A stretch of DNA of 64,000 bases, taken from IMG/VR virus record IMGVR_UViG_3300027770_000054; one strand, given 5' to 3'. Position numbers and translations under genes: made by a program. Below the pieces are notes generated by a model. The model did no database searches and was not told where the DNA came from. It saw only the letters and a program-made list of their open reading frames with translations. The stretch comes from an uncultured virus (IMG/VR IMGVR_UViG_3300027770_000054). Taxonomy: Duplodnaviria; Heunggongvirae; Uroviricota; Caudoviricetes. Shown here piece after piece: positions 11,333 to 20,929 of this stretch. How positions within the stretch are numbered: the stretch's first letter is position 1; each line of letters starts with the position of its first letter.

Positions 11333-14046
11333 GTAATAGTCCAATAACTAATATAATATCTGTAGGAAAAACTGGATCAGTAGGACCAGTTGGTTCTACT
11401 GGTGCTACTGGTAATAGAGGAAATACTGGTAATGGTGGTATTACTGGAGAACGAGGAATACACTTTTTAAGTTCTCGCGGATTTGCGAACGGAATAACAT
11501 TAACATTCTCTGATTTAAGTACAATTGCTGTAAATGGGGCTTTCAGAGGAACAACATTTATTGATAAGACTTCTGGATTAGTTCAAGGATCAAATACAGC
11601 ATCAAGTTCCTTCCTTACACAATATGGATTATTTTCCGCTGTAAATGGTGGAACATTTCAATTTAAAGGATTGTGTGCTTATGGTTCACTAAGAGCATCT
11701 TTAACTGGACCAGCAAATGAATATATTTCCATTGATACGATCTATTGGGGTAAAGATCTTATAGGAAATTATGATGCTGGTACAATGACTCCTGGAAGAT
11801 TAACATTTCTAGGAACTCCAACAGTAGTTAATGGTTCTGGAATCACACATACTCAATTAAATAGCGATAATATTAGTTTTGGTCATACTGGTACATTTAA
11901 TTTTCAAAACACATTTTTTAGTTCTGGAACATCAGATGATACAAGTTACAACTTAAATGCTGGAGCAAAAGTATCTACTATTGGACCAATTCGTAAAGGA
12001 GCATTTTCAGGATTAACTGGAAATAATCCAATTGGTGGAGTTGGGACCACGCAGGGAATATACATTGACGCAAATTCTGCTGGCGCATTCATTCTTCATA
12101 CACCAATTGGAATACGAGGAATCAGCGGAAATTTCAATTCAAATGAAGTTGATTCAATAACACTAGTAATTGATTCTGATGATGTGTGGAAATTTCCAGA
12201 AAATATTTACTTTGAACCAGATGAAAACTATCTTTCTTGTGGTAAGAATATAATTGGACTCATGACATATGATGGTGGTGAAACCTGGTTGGCAACTGTA
12301 TCGCATCGTGGTCATGGTGTGGCAGATGTAAACAGAGCATGTATTCCAGGATATTTATTTGGTTCTTGCTGTTATAATAATCCAGATGGTACTCTTGAAT
12401 GTTTGGATTATACTTCTCGTTCAACATGTGATAAATTATTTGGAAATTTTAGTCCAGCGAAGTCGTGTGAAGATTCATGTGGTGGCGAAAACGGAATTTG
12501 TTGCTCAAATGGTAAATGTTTAGGTGAAATTACTGTTGCTTTATGTGATCAATTTGGTGGTCAGTATTGGAGTGGACTCAATTGTACAGACTACACTGGA
12601 AATTTGAATTACCCAATTGGCGAACTAAGTTCAGATCAACTAAAAGAGCAAGGAAGTTTTTGTTATAATAACTGTAATGATACTCCAGTTGTTTGCTGTA
12701 AGGATGGTCAATGTTTAGGAAACTATACAAGAGTTCAATGTGAATTGATTCTTGGTGGTAGATCATTGACCGCTGCGTCTTGCTCTGAAGCAGATTGCTG
12801 CGATTATGGGACAATTAAGGGTGCTTGTTGTAAATGTAATTCTGTTAATGGAATTATACAATACGAATGTATACCCGATTTATCTCCATCAGCTTGTAAA
12901 TCTCTTGGTGGGTCTTTCATGGGTCCAGGAAAACAATGCAATGAGGTAAGTTGTGGTTGTGTTTGTGGACCAATTGGACCCTCTGGACCATCTGGACCCT
13001 CTGGACCATCTGGACCCTCTGGACCTAATGACGCTATTGGAATTTGTTGCAAAAATGGAACATGCCTACCAAATATTGGAAGCAAAGCAGAATGTTCTGC
13101 CGCATGTGGAAATTGGTTAGATAAAATTTATTATGATCAACAAGTACCCACCCCAGGTAGTTATCAGTTTGGATCAGACCCAAACGACTGTGAATTCTGT
13201 GCGTTACACCGACCTGTTATGGTTTTATCGCAATTTTTAATCCCTGGCGATTGCAGTCCTTTTATTCAATTTCTAAGATTTTCTATGTCTATTGGCGATA
13301 GCAGTTGTGCAGTGTACCCCGAGTTAGATTTATTCATCGCTGACCCTGGTGACCAAAGACCTCCAATAACTACTATTAATACACCTAGTGATGATCTTAA
13401 TATGACAGGTGCTAACATAGCCTTGATTTCTGATCTATTCTTCAACATATATGGTGTTACAATTCCCTTAAGGTCGGCAGTAGGTGTAAGACAACAACTA
13501 ATTGATTTAATGTCTTGTCCTCTCTCAACTGAAAATTTAGAGATTATAATTGAACTTGGAGATAGAATGTTGAAGGCCTGGCTCGAAGCTGAGTGGATTA
13601 TAAATGGATGGACTCCTTGCTCACAGAAGTGTTGTACATGTGAGGGTGAGAACCCTACGGCGCCTGGTTTACCTTTTTGTCTACCAATTGGTGACGACCG
13701 AATGACTGTTCGCAACCTTTGTCAATACAGAGACATATGTCTTGATCTAGGGATTGCCAATGACGCGATGGGTAATCCAGGTTGTCAGTGCGGTGGTCCT
13801 GAGAATACTGGAGATTCACCTTGTGGAAAGCCAATTGCTGAAAGACTGAATTGTCCTTCATTGGACCACCCTGATTCTGAATATTGTAATTGGTCCGAAA
13901 TCAATACTTGTCAGTGTTCAAATTCAGGTCTTACTGATGATCTAATTAAGAGTGTAAAGATGTATCTAAATAGTACAGATTATGTTTGTGTTCCTGTTTC
14001 ATATACAGATTTCTCAGGTTACGAACTCTGCGACGGGGAATCCTAA
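11329..14046 (+). CDS. Cys-rich fibre-like protein with GxCC repeats and a (GPS)n linker
   Basis: ATG at 11329 overlaps the upstream TGA (ATGA). Short collagen, GSCC/GICC/GACC repeats, GPS repeats. No WY.PS..EL motif. Confidence 0.65.
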   Translation: MSNSPITNIISVGKTGSVGPVGSTGATGNRGNTGNGGITGERGIHFLSSRGFANGITLTFSDLSTIAVNGAFRGTTFIDKTSGLVQGSNTASSSFLTQYGLFSAVNGGTFQFKGLCAYGSLRASLTGPANEYISIDTIYWGKDLIGNYDAGTMTPGRLTFLGTPTVVNGSGITHTQLNSDNISFGHTGTFNFQNTFFSSGTSDDTSYNLNAGAKVSTIGPIRKGAFSGLTGNNPIGGVGTTQGIYIDANSAGAFILHTPIGIRGISGNFNSNEVDSITLVIDSDDVWKFPENIYFEPDENYLSCGKNIIGLMTYDGGETWLATVSHRGHGVADVNRACIPGYLFGSCCYNNPDGTLECLDYTSRSTCDKLFGNFSPAKSCEDSCGGENGICCSNGKCLGEITVALCDQFGGQYWSGLNCTDYTGNLNYPIGELSSDQLKEQGSFCYNNCNDTPVVCCKDGQCLGNYTRVQCELILGGRSLTAASCSEADCCDYGTIKGACCKCNSVNGIIQYECIPDLSPSACKSLGGSFMGPGKQCNEVSCGCVCGPIGPSGPSGPSGPSGPSGPNDAIGICCKNGTCLPNIGSKAECSAACGNWLDKIYYDQQVPTPGSYQFGSDPNDCEFCALHRPVMVLSQFLIPGDCSPFIQFLRFSMSIGDSSCAVYPELDLFIADPGDQRPPITTINTPSDDLNMTGANIALISDLFFNIYGVTIPLRSAVGVRQQLIDLMSCPLSTENLEIIIELGDRMLKAWLEAEWIINGWTPCSQKCCTCEGENPTAPGLPFCLPIGDDRMTVRNLCQYRDICLDLGIANDAMGNPGCQCGGPENTGDSPCGKPIAERLNCPSLDHPDSEYCNWSEINTCQCSNSGLTDDLIKSVKMYLNSTDYVCVPVSYTDFSGYELCDGES
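12967..13029 (+). repeat. Tandem 9/18-bp repeat encoding GPIGPSGPSGPSGPSGPSGPN
   Basis: Alternating ggaccctct/ggaccatct units, read directly. Confidence 0.9.
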
Positions 14047-15554
14047 TGTCTTCAGTACAGTTTAGATCAAGAATAAAACCAGCATTTGACTACTCAGATA
14101 AACTGAATAGTTATGGTGTTTGTTGTGGGACTACAGGTGCAGACAATAAAACAATAAAATCGTTTACTGAATGTTTTAATGAAGGTGGATATTTTATTCC
14201 TACACTAGATGGAAACGCTGACAGTGTTTCATGTCCAGATAGAGATACTCGTCTTGGATGTTGTTGTGCGTGTTCGTATGTAACTCCAGGAGAATTAAAT
14301 CAAGTACCTACTTTGGATAGCGAGGGAAACACATCAACTCCATATCTTGCATCGGGAACAACAAGTAATGTTTCTAAATGCGAATGTGACCGAGTGAATG
14401 GAAAATGGACAGAAGGAACTTGTCCAATATTGACAGCAGATACTTGGCAAACTCAATGTTTAAACTCAAGCAGATTAGATGCTAGAGCACCAAGATCTTG
14501 TTGTCATTTAGAATTTGATGAAGATACAGGTTGGCCAACTTCTATTACATGTAAAGATGTTTGTTCTAGTAGAGATTGTGCGCTTTTGGGAACTGAAACA
14601 TATCCATCGGTGTTTGGAGACAATAGATGTACTACACCGCTCCGAGAAGGCGATCAAACTACAACATGTATTGATTCACCGTATTATTCATATATGCTTA
14701 CAAGGTCTTCATTATATGAAGGATTTGTAATGGGGTCTTGTTATATCTTGGAAGATAACAATGGATCTTTAGAATATTCGTGTTCTATAACACCACAAGC
14801 ATCGTGTGCTGGATATTGGATCGAAGATCAGGATGAAAACAATTCTTTCTGTACTTCAAGTTTTCAACCAATCAATCCACAAAAAATATCAGGAAAATAT
14901 CAAGTCCAAACGATGGGTCTTACAGCATTTAATAATTTAGGATTGACTTCTGGAGACACATTTCAAGGTGGAATTTATATTGGAATATTCAAACCACCAG
15001 TATTAAATGGTAAAAGCAGTGAATTATATGGAAATTTAAGTTTTGCAAATCCAACATTGACAAACATGTATGCCGATTCTGTCGGAGGTACTGCTTCACA
15101 GTGGGCATTGATTGTAAATGAAACTAAATATTCTGTACCATTTATAACAGCAAATGAAATTGATGTAGACTATACCACTTCACTGTGGGATGGATATTAC
15201 AATACTTATGGAGATGGAGTATTCAATGGAATTAATAATGCTCTGACCAATACAATTAGATACGCTGATAGGGGAGGATTTATTGATTATTATCTACCAT
15301 CAATATATGAATTGTATTTCTACAATGCCTATCTTTATAGAAATACTAAAAATATATCTGGAAATGTAATGTCGTCTTCCATATTCAATACTAAATACTT
15401 AAACAAGACCACACAGAAATCAAAGATATCTGGAAAAGGATTTGTGTATGGAGTGGGTATGAGTATCAATTATAGTGTAAATTATAAAACTTTACTTATA
15501 GAAAAAACAAATACAGAGAGTGCTTTATTTTTTAGAAGAATCGTATTACAATAA
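14046..15554 (+). CDS. Cys-rich protein with degenerate DUF1566/Lcl-like C-terminus
   Basis: True start is probably the ATG at 14046 (TAATG overlap, MSSVQFRSRI). GVCC, GCCC, RSCC; 'GDTFQGGIYIG', 'DGYYNT', 'DYYLPSIYEL', 'FFRRI'. Confidence 0.65.
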   Translation: MSSVQFRSRIKPAFDYSDKLNSYGVCCGTTGADNKTIKSFTECFNEGGYFIPTLDGNADSVSCPDRDTRLGCCCACSYVTPGELNQVPTLDSEGNTSTPYLASGTTSNVSKCECDRVNGKWTEGTCPILTADTWQTQCLNSSRLDARAPRSCCHLEFDEDTGWPTSITCKDVCSSRDCALLGTETYPSVFGDNRCTTPLREGDQTTTCIDSPYYSYMLTRSSLYEGFVMGSCYILEDNNGSLEYSCSITPQASCAGYWIEDQDENNSFCTSSFQPINPQKISGKYQVQTMGLTAFNNLGLTSGDTFQGGIYIGIFKPPVLNGKSSELYGNLSFANPTLTNMYADSVGGTASQWALIVNETKYSVPFITANEIDVDYTTSLWDGYYNTYGDGVFNGINNALTNTIRYADRGGFIDYYLPSIYELYFYNAYLYRNTKNISGNVMSSSIFNTKYLNKTTQKSKISGKGFVYGVGMSINYSVNYKTLLIEKTNTESALFFRRIVLQ

Positions 15555-15566
15555 GGATTTTTTATC

Positions 15567-16136
15567 ATGGGATGTAATTGTAAAAACAAGAATACTGGTG
15601 GGGAACAACCACCCCAAGAACCCGCTCGCGCAGCAGCACCTGCGGATATCGTTTTCCGTTCAGAACAAGCAATTCCTCAGGGGGGATTAAAACAAAAATT
15701 GACCATGATGCAAAGCTTTGCCATGGCGATTACCTCTCGTGGAATGAACAACGAAAAGGTCACAAAACCAATCAAACAACTTCGGGTTTTAAGTTGCTTT
15801 GGCAATCAGGGTCAGGGTGGGGTACTACCACAATGTGAACATCTAAAGAAAAGTACAACAGACGGTAAGTTTTTCTGTGGTGGATGCGGATGTGGTGACC
15901 GTAAAGGTACATGGTTGACTCCAGATGATCCAGAATACAGTAAACTGGATTATCCAAAGTTAAACTGCCCATTACAGATGCCTGGATTTACAAATTATGA
16001 AAAGGCAAAACCAGATGAATCTGCATCTCCAATAACAAGAAGATATTACATTGAACAGTTGCCATATAGAGATATAGAACACATAAAAGTAACTACGCAC
16101 GAAGTGCCTATACAACCACCAGAAGTTTTAAAATAA
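15567..16136 (+). CDS. Small Cys-motif (putative metal-binding) protein
   Basis: MGCNCK start; 'SCFG...QCEHL...FCGGCGCG...LNCP'. AAGGA SD upstream. Confidence 0.65.
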   Translation: MGCNCKNKNTGGEQPPQEPARAAAPADIVFRSEQAIPQGGLKQKLTMMQSFAMAITSRGMNNEKVTKPIKQLRVLSCFGNQGQGGVLPQCEHLKKSTTDGKFFCGGCGCGDRKGTWLTPDDPEYSKLDYPKLNCPLQMPGFTNYEKAKPDESASPITRRYYIEQLPYRDIEHIKVTTHEVPIQPPEVLK

Positions 16137-16144
16137 ACAAAAAA

Positions 16145-16173
16145 ACTCTCCTTATAAATAAAGTAAGGAGAGT
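16145..16173 (+). promoter_or_regulatory. T4-type late promoter TATAAATA (16153-16160) inside a 10-bp hairpin that pairs with the gp13 Shine-Dalgarno
   Basis: ACTCTCCTTA (16145-16154) is the exact reverse complement of TAAGGAGAGT (16164-16173). The gp13 ATG is at 16180. Confidence 0.85.
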
Positions 16174-16179
16174 GTTTTA

Positions 16180-16989
16180 ATGTCTTCAGTAAACGCACCA
16201 AATTCAAGAGAAACGCTTATAGAACATGCTCTTCGTGCTCTCGGGCATCCCGTAATCCAAATAAATGTAGATCAGCAACAATGCGAGGATCGTCTTGATG
16301 AAGCATTGCAATATTTTACCACCAGACACTATGATGGTGTTATAAAAATGTTTTTCAAGTATCAAGTAACTCAGACGGATCTGGATCGCGGGTTTATAAA
16401 TGTTTCGGATATTCAAAACCCAGCTAGCGATCCCAATGGACCCGATGGCACTAATATTGTGTCTGTTGTTAAGATATTCAGATTCGGCACTCTTTCTGGT
16501 GTTAATATGTTTGATGTCAGATATCAGTTGGCATTGACCGATTACTTTGGAATCAATCGTGGGTTGAACGGAAGTTCATCAACTCCTCTTGCTGGGTATC
16601 AAGCGACTATGTCTTACATCAGTCTTCTTGAACAATTTTTTAGTCCAGAGAAGTCATTAAGATTCAATAAAGTAACAAATAAAATCTATGTGGATGCTTT
16701 TAGTCAAGATATAGATGCTGGTGGATATTTAATAATTGAATCATATGCAGAACTAGACCCAGATGTGTATACTAAAATTTATGATGATCGCATGGTGAAG
16801 AAGTATGTCATTGCTTTGATTAAAAAGCAATGGGGTGCAAACATGTTGAAGTATGATGGTGTTCAACTTCCAGGCGGCATCACTTTCAAGGGACAACAGA
16901 TATATCAGGATGCCATGGCAGAGATTGTTGCGATAGAACAAGAGTTTGAAAGATCATACGAACTACCGATAGATTTCATGATTGGATAA
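16180..16989 (+). CDS. gp13: Neck protein gp13
   Basis: 'LRALGHPVIQINV..QQCEDR.DEALQYF...HYDG' and 'KKQWGANMLKY.GVQLPGG.T..G' are T4 gp13 motifs. Confidence 0.95.
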   Translation: MSSVNAPNSRETLIEHALRALGHPVIQINVDQQQCEDRLDEALQYFTTRHYDGVIKMFFKYQVTQTDLDRGFINVSDIQNPASDPNGPDGTNIVSVVKIFRFGTLSGVNMFDVRYQLALTDYFGINRGLNGSSSTPLAGYQATMSYISLLEQFFSPEKSLRFNKVTNKIYVDAFSQDIDAGGYLIIESYAELDPDVYTKIYDDRMVKKYVIALIKKQWGANMLKYDGVQLPGGITFKGQQIYQDAMAEIVAIEQEFERSYELPIDFMIG

Positions 16990-16992
16990 AAA

Positions 16993-17916
16993 ATGGCAAC
17001 AAATCCATATTTCAACGAATATATCGGAGAACAAGATCTACTCATTGACTTGACGGTTGAAACCATCAAGGCTACGGGTAGAGATATGATTTATATACCT
17101 AGAGAATATGTCAATAAAGATGTTATCTTTGGAGAGGATGTGCTATCGCAATTTAAGGACTCTTATACAATTGAAATGTACATTCAGTCTGTTACATCTT
17201 TCGGTGGACAGATGAACATCATCAATAAATTTGGTATCAACATTACTGATAAAGTAACTCTACAAGTAGCAAAAAGAAGATTTGATGAAGAAGTGGTTGC
17301 TAGAGACTCAACCATCACACATCCACGCGAAGGCGATTTAATCTATTTTCCATTCAATAAAAGTTTGTTTGAAATAAATTATGTTGAAGATAAAATGCCA
17401 TTTTTCCAATTTGGAATTCTGACAACCTATACACTCACATGCGAACTCTTCACTTATTCTTATGAAACAATAAACACTGGTATTGCTACTGTAGATGAAG
17501 TAGAAGAAAAGAGAAAATACAATATGTACGAATTCCAAATTTCAGGAGCTCCAATTACGGGATCTATAGTATTTAAACGAGGAGATACTGTTTATCAAGT
17601 TTATGGAGTAACTGGTGCTGGAGTCACATACTCTAATGCTACAGCGGAAGCAACACTTGTTGAAATTACAGGAGCATATGCGTATATGAAAGGTATAAGT
17701 GGAATATTTGCAACAGGTCCAAGTGGTATACAATCTGTCAAGAATACAACTACAGGAACAGAATATTACCTACTGAATTACAATACAACAAATGTGAATC
17801 TTTCAGTTGACCCAATTGCTGGAGTTAATGAGATTGAAAATGATATCTACGCAGAAGCAGCGGACAACGAACTTAATTTTAGCAGAGATAATCCATTCTC
17901 AGAGGAATGCTCATAA
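16993..17916 (+). CDS. gp14: Neck protein gp14
   Basis: 'MATNPYF...EQDL..DL..E.IK..G....YIPRE', 'PREGDLIYFP', 'PFFQ.G', C-terminal 'F...NPF.E'. Confidence 0.95.
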   Translation: MATNPYFNEYIGEQDLLIDLTVETIKATGRDMIYIPREYVNKDVIFGEDVLSQFKDSYTIEMYIQSVTSFGGQMNIINKFGINITDKVTLQVAKRRFDEEVVARDSTITHPREGDLIYFPFNKSLFEINYVEDKMPFFQFGILTTYTLTCELFTYSYETINTGIATVDEVEEKRKYNMYEFQISGAPITGSIVFKRGDTVYQVYGVTGAGVTYSNATAEATLVEITGAYAYMKGISGIFATGPSGIQSVKNTTTGTEYYLLNYNTTNVNLSVDPIAGVNEIENDIYAEAADNELNFSRDNPFSEECS

Positions 17917-18665
17917 TGTTTAAGGTAGGTCAATCATATTATAATGAATCCATTAGAAAGGTAGTTTTAACCTTTGGTTCTATATTTGAATCTGTGTATA
18001 TTACTCGTTATAATGTAGATGGTACAGAAAAAGAAAAAATACGAGTTCCTTTGAGTTATGGAAGCAAGGAAAAATTCTTCTGGAGACTGTCGCAAGAGAG
18101 CAGTCTGTCAAAGAATAGTAGAGTTGAAATTGTTCTTCCAAAAATGGGATTTGAAATTACAACATTGATTTATGATCCAAGTAGAAAATTAAATAGAACT
18201 TTACAACGAACAAATATTGTTGATGGAAGTGTTTTGAAAGCATATGCTGAAGTTCCTTATATTATAAATTTTGCTCTCTATGTTTTTACCAGAAACATGG
18301 ATGATATGTTACAAGTCATTGAACAAATAGTTCCATATTTTGCTCCAGACTACACAGTAACTGTAAAGATGAATAATTTGAATGAAACTGTTGATATTCC
18401 ATTCGTATTAAATAGTGTAAATATAGATGAAAATTATGAAGGAACTTTTGATACAAGACGATCTCTTATAAGTTCATTTGATTTTTCAGCAAAAACTTAC
18501 ATCTACCCAAATATTTGTGGTGGAACTGGTGGACTGATCTTGAGAACTGATATAAACATGTATGATGGTGAAGAAGTTGCTGGAAGTGAATACTGGGGTG
18601 ATGTTGGATATACTGGTGATTATATTACAGGTTCAAGTACTGCTGTGCCTGGAGAGTGGCCATGA
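17916..18665 (+). CDS. gp15: Tail sheath stabilizer/completion protein gp15
   Basis: 'YYNESIRK.V..FG..F', 'VPLSYG.KEKF', 'LPKMGFE', 'QIVPYF.P'. Start taken at the TAATG overlap at 17916. Confidence 0.93.
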   Translation: MFKVGQSYYNESIRKVVLTFGSIFESVYITRYNVDGTEKEKIRVPLSYGSKEKFFWRLSQESSLSKNSRVEIVLPKMGFEITTLIYDPSRKLNRTLQRTNIVDGSVLKAYAEVPYIINFALYVFTRNMDDMLQVIEQIVPYFAPDYTVTVKMNNLNETVDIPFVLNSVNIDENYEGTFDTRRSLISSFDFSAKTYIYPNICGGTGGLILRTDINMYDGEEVAGSEYWGDVGYTGDYITGSSTAVPGEWP

Positions 18666-19138
18666 GTGACGAAAAACTAACAGCAGAAGAAAAGTTATCT
18701 GAGGTTCTGGACATAGAAATTTTGCCCAAGGAAGAACCAAAGACTATAGTTCAATCTGAAATCTTCATAAAAGAAGTAAAGATAAAACGAAAAGACCAAG
18801 TGCGACAGGATTATGATTCTGCTCGTAAAAATATGAAAGAACTCATAAATCGTGGATTTGAAGCTCTAGATGGAGTTATGAGGGTAGCAGAGGCGGGCGA
18901 TTCTCCTAGAGCATATGAGGTCGCCTCTATTCTTATGAAAACTGTAAGTGAGATTAACACCGATCTAATGGGTATTCACAAAACTACTGCGGAAGCATTA
19001 GGCGTAAATAAAGTCGTAAAGACCACCACAAATAATTCAATATTTGTTGGATCTACTCGCGATCTTCAAAATATTATTAATCAGTCTCGTAGTCAATTGA
19101 AGGCGATACCAACCGAAGAAGTGGAATATGACAGCTAA
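18662..19138 (+). CDS. gp16: Terminase small subunit gp16
   Basis: 'DYDSARKN', 'SPRAYEV', 'TTNNSIFVGST.DLQ'. ATGA overlap with the gp15 stop. Confidence 0.95.
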   Translation: MSDEKLTAEEKLSEVLDIEILPKEEPKTIVQSEIFIKEVKIKRKDQVRQDYDSARKNMKELINRGFEALDGVMRVAEAGDSPRAYEVASILMKTVSEINTDLMGIHKTTAEALGVNKVVKTTTNNSIFVGSTRDLQNIINQSRSQLKAIPTEEVEYDS

Positions 19139-20855
19139 AAAAGATGGTTATCTTGGTAATCCAAATTTAAAACCCGTAGGTGTGCAACAACAATTCACAC
19201 CAAATCAGGTAAAAGAATATATTAAGTGTGCAGCAGAACCTGCCTACTTTGTGGAAAAATATGTAAAGATTGTAGCAGTAGATAAGGGTCTTGTTCCTTT
19301 TGCAATGTATAACTTTCAGAAAGACCTTATTGATATACTACATCATAATAGATTCGTAATAGGAAAGTTACCTCGTCAGGTAGGTAAGACTACCACCGTA
19401 GGTGCTTACCTTTTACATTATGTTCTATTCAATCAAAATATGAATGTTGCAATTCTTGCAAACAAACAATCTACTGCCATTGAAATTTTAGGCAGAATTA
19501 AGATGGCATATGAATATTTGCCTAAGTGGTTGCAGCAAGGCGTAATTGAATGGAATAAGGGTTCTATTGTTCTGGAAAACGGATCAAAGATTCTAGCAAG
19601 TGCCACCTCTTCGTCTGCAATCCGTGGCGGTTCATTTAATTGCATCCTGCTCGACGAATTTGCCCACATTCCTACCCAAATTGCTGAAGAGTTCTTCACC
19701 TCAGTGTATCCAACCATCACTTCTGGTCAATCTACCAAGATGTTCATCATCTCCACCCCAAACGGTCTTAATATGTTTTATTATTACTGGAAGGGTGCTA
19801 TAAACAATCAAAATGGTTATGTGCCATTTGAAGTTCATTGGAGTCAGGTTCCAAAATATCCAGGTGGTCCACTCAGAGATGATAAGTGGAAAGAGGATAT
19901 GATAATCAAGACTTCCGAGAAACAGTTTGAACAAGAGTTCGAATGTGACTTCTTGGGCAGTTCCAATACTTTGATATCATCTGCTAAATTACACACTTTG
20001 GTATATAACAAACCAATTTTAAGAACCAAAGATGGAATGTGTGTATATCAGGAACCACAGAGAAAAGACCCCGATGTGGAAAAATCTCAGGATCATCTTT
20101 ATTTTATAACTGCCGATGTCGCAGAAGGTCAAGGCAAAGACTATACCGCTATGACCGTAATAGATGTAACTGAATTCCCATACAGGGTAATTGCCACCTA
20201 TAAAAACAATACAGTATCACCCCTTCTATTCGCATCAGTTCTTAGAACAGTTGCCAAGAAGTATAATAACGCATATGTTCTAGTTGAGATTAATAGCATA
20301 GGCACGGAAGTTGCCAATATATTACACACCGATCTAGAATATGAAAATATAGTTAAAACCACCATGATGGGTAGAAAGGGTCAAATTATTACAGAGGGAT
20401 TTGGTCCTGGAAAAAAGATACAGATGGGTGTTAAAACTTCAGTATTGACTAAAAAGGTTGGATGTCAAGTACTAAAGAACATGATTGAAGAAGATAAACT
20501 CATTGTTGAAGATGCCGACATTATCTCAGAATTTACAACATTTATCTCCAAAAAACAAAGTTTTGGAGCAGATGAAGGACATAATGACGACTTAGTGATG
20601 TGTTTAGTTTTATTTTCATGGGCGACTCGTCAACAGTATTTCAAGAATTTGACCGATATGGATGTTAGACTTGCGATGTATCAGCAAGATATTGAGAAAA
20701 TTGAAGAAGATATGTTACCTTTTGGTTATTTTCTTGACGGAATCGAAGATTTTGAAGATGAGGCAGAAGACAAAAAATGGGGTATGTCTTCAGAAAATTG
20801 GCTTATAACAGATAAAAAAAATTATAACTTGCCATGGGATTCGTATAAAAAATAG
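19128..20855 (+). CDS. gp17: Terminase large subunit gp17
   Basis: 'YLGNPNLK', Walker A 'PRQVGKTT', Walker B 'LLDEFAH', nuclease 'ADVAEG', 'HNDDLVM'. Confidence 0.98.
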   Translation: MTAKKDGYLGNPNLKPVGVQQQFTPNQVKEYIKCAAEPAYFVEKYVKIVAVDKGLVPFAMYNFQKDLIDILHHNRFVIGKLPRQVGKTTTVGAYLLHYVLFNQNMNVAILANKQSTAIEILGRIKMAYEYLPKWLQQGVIEWNKGSIVLENGSKILASATSSSAIRGGSFNCILLDEFAHIPTQIAEEFFTSVYPTITSGQSTKMFIISTPNGLNMFYYYWKGAINNQNGYVPFEVHWSQVPKYPGGPLRDDKWKEDMIIKTSEKQFEQEFECDFLGSSNTLISSAKLHTLVYNKPILRTKDGMCVYQEPQRKDPDVEKSQDHLYFITADVAEGQGKDYTAMTVIDVTEFPYRVIATYKNNTVSPLLFASVLRTVAKKYNNAYVLVEINSIGTEVANILHTDLEYENIVKTTMMGRKGQIITEGFGPGKKIQMGVKTSVLTKKVGCQVLKNMIEEDKLIVEDADIISEFTTFISKKQSFGADEGHNDDLVMCLVLFSWATRQQYFKNLTDMDVRLAMYQQDIEKIEEDMLPFGYFLDGIEDFEDEAEDKKWGMSSENWLITDKKNYNLPWDSYKK

Positions 20856-20895
20856 TTTAGGGCATTTAAAATATTAAAAGTAGAATTTAACTACA

Positions 20896-20903
20896 TATAA
20901 ATA
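20896..20903 (+). promoter_or_regulatory. T4-type late promoter TATAAATA upstream of gp18
   Basis: Exact consensus in the intergenic gap, followed by an AAGGAG SD. Confidence 0.85.
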
Positions 20904-20929
20904 GCAACTTAAACCAAGGAGAGAAGAAC

